A stretch of DNA of 43,142 nt from Candidatus Thorarchaeota archaeon (lineage in GTDB: Archaea > Asgardarchaeota > Thorarchaeia > Thorarchaeales > Thorarchaeaceae). Numbering within the stretch: position 1 is the first letter of the stretch; each line of letters begins with the position of its first letter. Made by a program: the position numbers and the translations under genes. Shown here piece by piece: positions 19,735-27,728 of this stretch. The notes below the pieces were generated by a model, which ran no database searches, was not told where the DNA came from, and saw nothing but the letters and a program-made list of their open reading frames with translations. Location: positions 1-43,142 of the forward strand of contig JAEORO010000024.1 in NCBI GenBank assembly GCA_016840855.1, in the 5' to 3' direction.

Positions 19735-20574
19735 ATGGTTCGAATGCCAGTGGTCGCAGGACGATTTTACGAGGGAACAGAAGACTTGCTGCAAGAGCGT
19801 CTGAAAAAATGCTTCATAGGTTCCTTGGGACCGGGTAGCCTTCCAGATGGCGAGCCTGGAACGACTAGATCTCTAAAAGCAGTAATAGCTCCTCATGCAG
19901 GATACATGTATTCTGGTATGCCAGCTGCACACACCTTTCTGAAGATCTTTGAGGATGGGATACCAGATCATATAGTAATGCTTGGGCCTAATCACACAGG
20001 CATTGGAGCAAGAGTAGCTGTCTGCAATGACGATTGGCAAACACCACTCGGTATCGTTCAGTATGACAGTGTTCTAGGAACAGCTATCGTCGAGGAAAAT
20101 GAATATGCTTCATTCGACTGCGTTGCACACAGTAGTGAACATTCCCTGGAGGTTCAAGTTCCATTCTTGCAATATACCTTAGGACCTGGAGTTACCTTCG
20201 TACCAATTTGTCTCACTGATCAATCATATGCTGTTTGCGAGTCGATCGGGAAGACACTGGCTAACCTAGCGAACGAAATGGATATACTGGTTCTTGCAAG
20301 TTCGGATTTCACTCATTTCGAGTCCGCTGAAAGTGCACGAAAAAAGGACAATCAAGCCATGGAATTTCTTGAGTTCCTTGATCCAGAGGGATTCTTATCA
20401 TTTGTACATGGACACAGAGTCAGTATTTGTGGGGCAGGACCAATTGCTGCAGCTATGATTTTTGCTAAAGAGAGAGGAGCAACTCAATTCAATGTCCTAA
20501 AGTATACGACGTCCGGAGACATCACTAAAGACAACTCAAATGTTGTTGCTTATGTTTCAGCTGCAATAGTCTAA
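19735..20574 (+). CDS. MEMO1 family protein (AmmeMemoRadiSam protein B)
   Basis: RMPVVAGRFY, PHAGYMYSG, GPNHTG, EHSLEVQVPFLQ, SSDFTH and SICG. Confidence 0.95.
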   Translation: MVRMPVVAGRFYEGTEDLLQERLKKCFIGSLGPGSLPDGEPGTTRSLKAVIAPHAGYMYSGMPAAHTFLKIFEDGIPDHIVMLGPNHTGIGARVAVCNDDWQTPLGIVQYDSVLGTAIVEENEYASFDCVAHSSEHSLEVQVPFLQYTLGPGVTFVPICLTDQSYAVCESIGKTLANLANEMDILVLASSDFTHFESAESARKKDNQAMEFLEFLDPEGFLSFVHGHRVSICGAGPIAAAMIFAKERGATQFNVLKYTTSGDITKDNSNVVAYVSAAIV

Positions 20575-20575
20575 A

Positions 20576-21853
20576 TCAGCTAATTTGCTGAGGTTCATTG
20601 TTAGGTTCAATCTTACAACTTTCAGCGCTAGCATCTCCGGGCAGAAAAACTGCAGCCATGCCACCAACTACTGAAACGCCACCGGCAATGAGCAAACTCA
20701 AAGCAGCAGACCCAGTGTCATCGAAAATTTTACCTCCGATGAGGGGACTGACTGCATATGCGCTATTGCTAACGGCACCAAAAACACCCATTATAGTCCC
20801 ATATGAAGCAGGATCAGTTACGTCTGCGATTAGTGCTTGAATAGCAGGACCCCTCATGGACATTCCAATTGAAAGAACAACGCCTGAAACCAGAAGATCA
20901 ACAACGTTTCGAGAAAAGATGAACATGATTAACGAAAACGCACCAACCAATGCACCGATTACAATCAACCATTTACGTCCACGAATATCAGATAATTTCC
21001 CAAATACCACACTTCCAATCATCATTGTGATTCCGATGATACCAAAGAATATACCAATCTCGTACGGTTGAACACCAATGTTGATGACTGCATCGAGCAT
21101 AAATGCTACTTCAAGAATTCCCATTGCAAACATATTCGCAAACATTGCCATTCCTAATATTCCATAACACTTACGAGCTCGGGAAATTACTAGCCGGATA
21201 GGTAATTTGGGAAAAGACTCTATGATTGATTTCTTTGCAGGTTCTTGAACCAGAACATAGACAAGACCCATCGTAATCAGTGTGGCGAGTGCAGCCAAGA
21301 TGAAAGGCATCCTGATTCCTAGAAACTGTGCTAGAAACCCACCAAGTGCTGGACCAATTATGAAACCCACCATATTTCCCGTGTTAAGATAACCCATTGC
21401 AGTCCCTCTATTCCGTATGGTGGTTACGTCAGCCACTAATGCATTTGCCGCTGGAAAGAAACCAGCAGAAACAGCTCCCTCAAGAGCGCGAGCAGAAATC
21501 ATAACTATAACATCATACGCATAAGCATAGATAATGTTCGCAACAGCGAATCCGAAAAGCGCTGCTATCAGGACAGGTTTTCTACCCACTCGATCTGAGA
21601 GACCTCCTAAAGGTCCAGCTAAAATAATTCGCGCGATAGCAAACGATGCAGCTAAAACTCCAAGTTCAATACCTGCCATTCCTAGAGCCGAGATGTAATA
21701 TGGGAAGATTGGAGTTACAAGGCCAAAGCCAATCTGAAGTATACTTAGTGAAATTGCTAGCATCCATACCTGATACATCCCACCTGACTTCTCTTCAGTA
21801 GGTAAAACTTGGTTATGTACAACACGTGCGGTGACTTCGGCATCAGGTTCCAT
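20576..21853 (-). CDS. MFS transporter (DHA1/TetA-like)
   Basis: Motif A GGLSDRVGRKP and GKLSDIRGRK; GPALGG; 12-TM pattern. Start trimmed to MEPD. Confidence 0.9.
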   Translation of the reverse strand: MEPDAEVTARVVHNQVLPTEEKSGGMYQVWMLAISLSILQIGFGLVTPIFPYYISALGMAGIELGVLAASFAIARIILAGPLGGLSDRVGRKPVLIAALFGFAVANIIYAYAYDVIVMISARALEGAVSAGFFPAANALVADVTTIRNRGTAMGYLNTGNMVGFIIGPALGGFLAQFLGIRMPFILAALATLITMGLVYVLVQEPAKKSIIESFPKLPIRLVISRARKCYGILGMAMFANMFAMGILEVAFMLDAVINIGVQPYEIGIFFGIIGITMMIGSVVFGKLSDIRGRKWLIVIGALVGAFSLIMFIFSRNVVDLLVSGVVLSIGMSMRGPAIQALIADVTDPASYGTIMGVFGAVSNSAYAVSPLIGGKIFDDTGSAALSLLIAGGVSVVGGMAAVFLPGDASAESCKIEPNNEPQQIS

Positions 21854-21914
21854 TAAGAAAACACTCTTCCGCTTGCAAGTATCGCTCCTTTTCAAGTTTC
21901 GTAAGCGGACATCC

Positions 21915-22424
21915 TTACTTATCGATAATCACCTTGCGGACTCCACGAATATCCGCAAGTGTTTCAATAACTTTCCCAGGTAATGGTTCCTCAGTTATTA
22001 CTTTTAAACAGGGGTCTTGATAGATGGCAACATCTTCCGCAAGGACCTGTCGAATTGGAATTCCATACCCTGCAATCATCGATGTAACCTCTGATAGTAT
22101 TCCTGGTGAACCTGGGGATTCCACAAAGATTGTCACAACTCCGTATCCAAACACATCTTTCACTTTTTCAAGTGATGGTCCAGCTGGTCTTAAGAGAGAA
22201 AAGAACTCGCACAACTCTTCATTCTCACATATATCTTCGGTAGTTGCACGCACAGTGCGGCGATCAATACCAAGAGCGGTTCCCAAAGATTTCAATGGAA
22301 TTCTAATTTCACCGCATTTGATGACGCCTGGACTCTCGACATGAAAACCATGTCGAACAATCGCCTCAGCAACCTTCAACCGCTGTGGAGATTCACTGAG
22401 GTGGTCTACAATTGTACGCCACAT
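21915..22424 (-). CDS. ACT-domain predicted amino-acid metabolism regulator (COG2150-like)
   Basis: LGIDRRTVRAT HTH-like segment; PGIL..V...IA..GIPIRQ ACT motif. Confidence 0.85.
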   Translation of the reverse strand: MWRTIVDHLSESPQRLKVAEAIVRHGFHVESPGVIKCGEIRIPLKSLGTALGIDRRTVRATTEDICENEELCEFFSLLRPAGPSLEKVKDVFGYGVVTIFVESPGSPGILSEVTSMIAGYGIPIRQVLAEDVAIYQDPCLKVITEEPLPGKVIETLADIRGVRKVIIDK

Positions 22425-22439
22425 GGATGACCATCCTCT

Positions 22440-22994
22440 TCATTCTTCAACTATTTCTTTTTCCATTAGCACTTCGTCTATTAGACCTTTGGGCATGTTA
22501 AAATGCCGCTTTCTAATACCAACAGTTCGGTATCCAAGTGAGCTATAGAGTGTCCTAGCAACTTGATTGTCCTCGAAAGTACTCAAGATTATTTTTGTAT
22601 AATCGTTGGCGATTGCAGCTGATTCACCAGATATCATTAGTGACCGCCCAACACCATTGTTACGGCAATCCTTCCTTACAATAACACCGAGTTTTGCTAC
22701 ATGCTGCGAAGCGTGCCATTCTTCAGGTTGAAGCGATAAATGGCCAGCATACTCGCCATCAATGAGGGCTATTAAGAGAACCTCACGAGTATGCCTAGTT
22801 CGATCTATCCAATTCACCCAGTCTGAAACATTTGAGTTGGGAGAGAGAGTTGGAAGCCAGGCAAACTCTTCAACAACATCTTTGAAACCAGCATGTAAGA
22901 AATTTGCATCACTAGTTTTGGCTTCACGTATTGTGATTTGCCGCCCATCTTTGGCTCTGTACTCCCAGATTTGCAACCGATACACCAATAGCAA
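22440..22994 (-). CDS. GNAT acetyltransferase (start possibly TTG 22976)
   Basis: HVAKLGVIV...RNNGVGRSLM; N..A..LY..LGY motif. Confidence 0.88.
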   Translation of the reverse strand: MLLVYRLQIWEYRAKDGRQITIREAKTSDANFLHAGFKDVVEEFAWLPTLSPNSNVSDWVNWIDRTRHTREVLLIALIDGEYAGHLSLQPEEWHASQHVAKLGVIVRKDCRNNGVGRSLMISGESAAIANDYTKIILSTFEDNQVARTLYSSLGYRTVGIRKRHFNMPKGLIDEVLMEKEIVEE

Positions 22995-23040
22995 GACACT
23001 CAGAGGCTAGAAAAAGCATTTTGGTCTGACAAAAATCTGC

Positions 23041-23871
23041 TTAGATATTTGGTGTCAACATAGGAAGGTCAACTCTTGCACCGGGTTTCGGAAGAGAGCA
23101 GGTATATACACGATCAAGCTCGATAAAGCCTGTAGATTCGTTAATCTCTCTGAAGGTGCCCTTCAGCTGAAAAGCTGCAGGTTCAAGGGTGACAAGGGCA
23201 ATGGCCACTCGAGAGCCATCCACTAGTGAATAGCCCCTGCGTTTTTCCTCCCTTCGTTTCATGACAATTCTATTTGAGGATACAGGAACCATTCCAAACT
23301 CAGGAAAAGCAACAGGATATCCATCCTCAGAGATATAGGCGATAACCTTCACAGCAGCCATTTGGGACATCCGTTTGAAGACATTTAAAGGCATATTGCC
23401 CTCCTTGGTTTCATGAGTTTGAACCTGTCGACTAGCCAGCTTAGCTTTCAGAAATGAAGAGAGAACTGTCAACTTTGATATACCATACTTTTGGCTTGCC
23501 CAAATAGCTTCTGCAACGCCAGCACCTCGTGCGTTTGTGTACTGATTATAGCGAAAAAGAGGTGTTTGTGCAATGAATTCATAGATATCATCATTGCGAT
23601 GATACGACTCAAACTTTGATTTTATCAGCCAGCTATCTAAATCTGTTGTAAAGACAAGGATTGAAAACTGTATATTTCCATTGATCAAATTGTGCTTAGT
23701 TTTGTAGGTCATAAAGTCACCATATACTAAGGTATTAGCTTCATAGACTGTCCATGATAGAACAGGGACTACATTGGGTTCACCCTCGGAATCCTTTGTA
23801 ACCATGAATTTTGGTGTTTCAAACGTATTTATAGCGTCTACAAGATCTTGCTTCAGAATAGATTCAACCAC
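23041..23871 (-). CDS. Tandem pyridoxamine-5'-phosphate-oxidase-like (split-barrel) protein
   Basis: Two repeats: KFMVTKDSEGEPNVVP...KTKHNL..GN and KVIAYISEDGYPVAFP...AFQLKGTF; overlaps the activase stop. Confidence 0.75.
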   Translation of the reverse strand: MVESILKQDLVDAINTFETPKFMVTKDSEGEPNVVPVLSWTVYEANTLVYGDFMTYKTKHNLINGNIQFSILVFTTDLDSWLIKSKFESYHRNDDIYEFIAQTPLFRYNQYTNARGAGVAEAIWASQKYGISKLTVLSSFLKAKLASRQVQTHETKEGNMPLNVFKRMSQMAAVKVIAYISEDGYPVAFPEFGMVPVSSNRIVMKRREEKRRGYSLVDGSRVAIALVTLEPAAFQLKGTFREINESTGFIELDRVYTCSLPKPGARVDLPMLTPNI

Positions 23872-24838
23872 AGGTTTTGACCTCCTGATTGTCCCTGTAT
23901 GTTTCTTTCTTTGGTTTCTGAGTCATCCCTGACCAAACGACATTTCCGAGACCTTCATCACGAGCGATTTGAGCTAGATGCGCCATTGTTTCCTCAGAAA
24001 TAAGATCAAAGTCTTTTAGAGGGTATTCTAAGTCAAACAATGAATACTTGTCTATACACATTCTGTTGAACGCTAGCAAATCATATCTTTCTACAGTTGG
24101 AAGATTCTCGAGTATAAAGCGAGCTATAGCACGAATATTTTCTTCATCATCAGTATGTTCAGGAATTATGGGAGTTCTAATCCAGATTGGTTTCCCAGTT
24201 TCAGCAACGATTCGTGCATTGCCAAGTACGGTGTCTAGTGGAACACCAGTATAGTCCCTGTGCTTTTGTGGATCCATGACTTTCAAGTCATAAAGCACTA
24301 GATCAACATAGACAAGCAAGTCTCGTAATACTTTCTCACTACAATATCCGCAGGTATCAAGTGCCACATGGACCTCGTTTTCCTGCAAACCCTTTGCTAC
24401 TTCGAGTGCGAATTGCGGTTGGTAAGTTGCTTCACCACCAGAGAGGGTCACGCCCCCCTGCGAGGTTTCAAAGAACACCTTGTCTTTGAGAAGTTCATCA
24501 ACAAGATCATCAGCGGCCCATACTTTCCCCATCACTTTGACGGCGCCTGTTGGACATGCTTCCTCGCATGTACCACACACATTGCATTTCGTTCGGTCTA
24601 TTCTCAAACCGTCAGGAGTAAGTGAAAGCGCCTCTTCGGGACATACACGGACGCATGATTGGTCGCCGATGCATTTCACTTCGTACCACACAAGAGTAGC
24701 TTGAGAATCAATTGTTTCAATATTATGGCACCAAGAACAAGACATTGGACAGCCTTTGAAAAACACGGTAGTACGAATACCTGGTCCATCCTCAGTTGAA
24801 CAACGCTGAATATTGGTTATGATTCCAGACGCAGTCAT
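23864..24838 (-). CDS. Glycyl-radical enzyme activating protein with ferredoxin insert
   Basis: DGPGIRTTVFFKGCPMSCSWCHN; CIGDQSCVRVCP and CNVCGTCEEACP; GGVTLSGGE. Confidence 0.95.
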   Translation of the reverse strand: MTASGIITNIQRCSTEDGPGIRTTVFFKGCPMSCSWCHNIETIDSQATLVWYEVKCIGDQSCVRVCPEEALSLTPDGLRIDRTKCNVCGTCEEACPTGAVKVMGKVWAADDLVDELLKDKVFFETSQGGVTLSGGEATYQPQFALEVAKGLQENEVHVALDTCGYCSEKVLRDLLVYVDLVLYDLKVMDPQKHRDYTGVPLDTVLGNARIVAETGKPIWIRTPIIPEHTDDEENIRAIARFILENLPTVERYDLLAFNRMCIDKYSLFDLEYPLKDFDLISEETMAHLAQIARDEGLGNVVWSGMTQKPKKETYRDNQEVKTCG

Positions 24839-27237
24839 TAGAGTGAATGCTCCGTTCTTGTGATGATTTCTTCTTGTAATTCTCTACCAACTTGTGTAAA
24901 GAATGCATTGTATCCGGTCACGCGCACCATAAGATTGGAGTATACTTCAGGATGTTTCTGAGCATCGCGAAGGGTTTTGGCATCAATGACATTAATTTGT
25001 AACGCCGTCCCGCCAACCTCATTATACGCACGAAGGAGTGCTGCAAGTTTCTCAATATGTTCAGGTGTCTTAACCATTGAGGGACTAATTGTAATCGTAT
25101 GTGAAGCCCCATTGGGGACTGTTTCAAGGCTCAGTTTTCCTACCGATCGAATTGATGCGGTTGGTCCTTTAGCATCCATTCCTTGGACAGCACCAACACC
25201 TCCTGAGAGAAATTCACCACGTCTTCGACCATCTGGCGTAGCAGCTGTCAGAGGAGCAAGAGGAATAAAGTAATTCCAAGATAAATAACCAGCCCTGTAT
25301 CTTCGTCCAGTGTAGGGATTTTCATGTTTGAAAGCTTCTTTTGCCCAAAATACAGAGAGTTCTTGAGCGATGTTGTCAGCATAGTCATCATCATTCCCAA
25401 ACTTCGGAGTTTTGGATCTAAGTAGCTGACGAAGTTCTTCATAGCCTTCATAGTTTGATTCAATTGCCAAAAGTAGTTCTTTCATTGATACACGTTTTTC
25501 ATCGAATACCATTTTCTTCACTGCTGCTACAGAGTCTGCAAGGGTAGCAATTCCCATTCCTTCCATAGTATTGAAGTTCCAAGTGGTGCCGCCTTCATTG
25601 ATATCTTTTCCATTCACAGCGCATTCATCCATCAATGCGCTGAGATAAGGAACAGGTTGATATTTTGCTCGAAGTGTATCGGCCATATTTCCAGCATTCA
25701 CCAGGAGCTCTACAAGAGCTTGAAGCTGTTCTTTGATTGCACTCATAAAAACATCAAATGTCTTGAAGCTTGACGGGTCACCAGTTTTGGGGCCAAATTG
25801 AATTCCTGATGTCATATCTCTGCCATCATTAAGAGCTAACTCAACAGCCTTTGCAAGATTGATGTTAACGTCGACTGTGTCTGAACGATCATTTCCTTGC
25901 ATTGTGTTCTCAAGGCAGCCTACTACACCATAGTCCCAAGCAATCTCACGTGGAACACCTTGCCAAACTAGTCCATCAATACTGTGTTCATCAAAGTTCA
26001 ATAGAAAAGGTGAACCTTGAGCCCTTGAAACAATCTCTGCGACGCGAATGAGAAAATCTTGTGGCGTATTTCTATGAAGTCGGATGTTTGGTTTTGGCTC
26101 GAATAGGTTGATCTCTTCAATTACTTCTAGAGCTAGCCAAGTAAGATCATTAGTAAGGTCCTCTCCATTTGGGCCACATCCACTCAATGTTATCAGTTGT
26201 CCAAAACTGGAATTAATGCCCTGATTGATTCCTAAACGTCCCTGAAAATCATAGACATAATTGTGTTTAATCCAATAACATTGTAGGAGCTCTTTCGCTT
26301 CGTTTCTGGTGAGTGTGCCGTCCTCAATGTCTTTCTTATAGAAAGGATGCATATATTGATCCCAGCGGCCATGTGATAACCCTGCACCTGGATAGGACTC
26401 TGCAGCCATAACAAGCATATGAACAATCCAAAGAGATTGAAGGGCTTCCCAAAATGATGTTGGTGCCTCCCAAGGTACTCTGCTACAAATTTCAGCAATC
26501 CTCAGCAGCTCTTTCTTTCGTTTAGAATCCTGTTGTTTATCAGCAAGTTCCCTTGCTTTCTCTGAATATCGAAGACCAACATCTCGAGCAGTTTCACAGC
26601 TTAGTATCAGTGCTTCAACGAACTCACGATGGTTGGGAGTAAGCTCACCATTCAGCAGAGCTTGATATTCCTCTGCTAATCCTCGCATACCCATTTTCAT
26701 GACTTTTGCGTAATTGGGAATAAGATGTCCAGGAATCGAAGAGCCAGTACCAAGTCCATATTCATTCAATCTTGAAGTTTCTTTGAACCATTTTGCCATC
26801 TCTTTATTACGTTTTGAGGTTTCGGATTTATTGAGAGATTTAGACAAAGCTGTGTTGAAATTGAAACCTACAATAAGCTCACCATCTAAGATTACAATAG
26901 GCATATACTTGGACATAACTTCATGGAAAAAGACAGCGCGTCTCATTGCAAGACCTTGATTCCAGTAGCTATCTGGTAAATCGACTTTAACCCCCATAGC
27001 CTTGAGGGTTTGATTGACTGATGGGAAAAATGGATAGAGAGCGGGTTCATTTGCCCAGTCATGAACTGAATAAACTTCATCCCAATCAGTGCCAGTTGTG
27101 AAAGCATATGGCTCGTTTGTTTCATCACGTTCATTAAAGGAGTAGAAGTGGTTACGCAGTTTCTGAACTCGTTCAGAGAGTGTTTCAGAGGGAGACCAGA
27201 TCTTGATCAAGGGGGCTTCATTCTCATCAACAGTCAA
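24838..27237 (-). CDS. Glycyl radical enzyme (PFL superfamily, not PFL), substrate unknown
   Basis: Gly loop RVTGYNA (Gly codon 24913-24915); Cys loop VGCLE (Cys codon 25915-25917); SHGRWDQY, KFGNDD and ATPDGR motifs. Confidence 0.95.
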   Translation of the reverse strand: MTVDENEAPLIKIWSPSETLSERVQKLRNHFYSFNERDETNEPYAFTTGTDWDEVYSVHDWANEPALYPFFPSVNQTLKAMGVKVDLPDSYWNQGLAMRRAVFFHEVMSKYMPIVILDGELIVGFNFNTALSKSLNKSETSKRNKEMAKWFKETSRLNEYGLGTGSSIPGHLIPNYAKVMKMGMRGLAEEYQALLNGELTPNHREFVEALILSCETARDVGLRYSEKARELADKQQDSKRKKELLRIAEICSRVPWEAPTSFWEALQSLWIVHMLVMAAESYPGAGLSHGRWDQYMHPFYKKDIEDGTLTRNEAKELLQCYWIKHNYVYDFQGRLGINQGINSSFGQLITLSGCGPNGEDLTNDLTWLALEVIEEINLFEPKPNIRLHRNTPQDFLIRVAEIVSRAQGSPFLLNFDEHSIDGLVWQGVPREIAWDYGVVGCLENTMQGNDRSDTVDVNINLAKAVELALNDGRDMTSGIQFGPKTGDPSSFKTFDVFMSAIKEQLQALVELLVNAGNMADTLRAKYQPVPYLSALMDECAVNGKDINEGGTTWNFNTMEGMGIATLADSVAAVKKMVFDEKRVSMKELLLAIESNYEGYEELRQLLRSKTPKFGNDDDYADNIAQELSVFWAKEAFKHENPYTGRRYRAGYLSWNYFIPLAPLTAATPDGRRRGEFLSGGVGAVQGMDAKGPTASIRSVGKLSLETVPNGASHTITISPSMVKTPEHIEKLAALLRAYNEVGGTALQINVIDAKTLRDAQKHPEVYSNLMVRVTGYNAFFTQVGRELQEEIITRTEHSL

Positions 27238-27370
27238 GAAATAAACACCACCGGTATTGTTCGATGTTGTTAGAGTTCCAACTAATAAGATTACATATTC
27301 CGATAAAATGTATAGAATTTACTCGACATATTCATATGTTCTCGCAATCTCGGTTGATTGGTGGAGTTTA

Positions 27371-27616
27371 ATGTCTGATTCTAGAAAAATCTCGTTAATG
27401 GAAGGTGAAAATGGACTATTTGCTTGCGCTTTTGGTGCTATGATGCTGTTTGTCGCACTAACATGTGCAATTGCTATCGGAACATCTGTATTGATTCCCG
27501 ATTCTAATGTTCAAGCAGGCATCGTTTTTGGTGGAGGTTTATTCCTTATTCTATCTGCGCTTGTAGGAGGATATTTCGTAAGTCGTGGGTTTATCTTCAT
27601 TCTGCGTGAAAGGTGA
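27371..27616 (+). CDS. Small 2-TM membrane protein
   Basis: ATG after GGAG; two hydrophobic helices. Confidence 0.65.
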   Translation: MSDSRKISLMEGENGLFACAFGAMMLFVALTCAIAIGTSVLIPDSNVQAGIVFGGGLFLILSALVGGYFVSRGFIFILRER

Positions 27617-27728
27617 ATATAGATACAACACTGTACAACCTTGTGACTTGCGCTAGGCTTAAAAGCAGTACAACTTCTCGGGGGCCGTATCCGCCCGAAA
27701 TCAGACCACTGGGTGTCAGGAAGGCAAT

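Noticed and set aside
24838-27237. Calling the GRE pyruvate formate-lyase (pflB)
   Set aside because: It has a single-Cys GCLE loop rather than Cys-Cys, and the activase carries a ferredoxin insert that PFL activase lacks.
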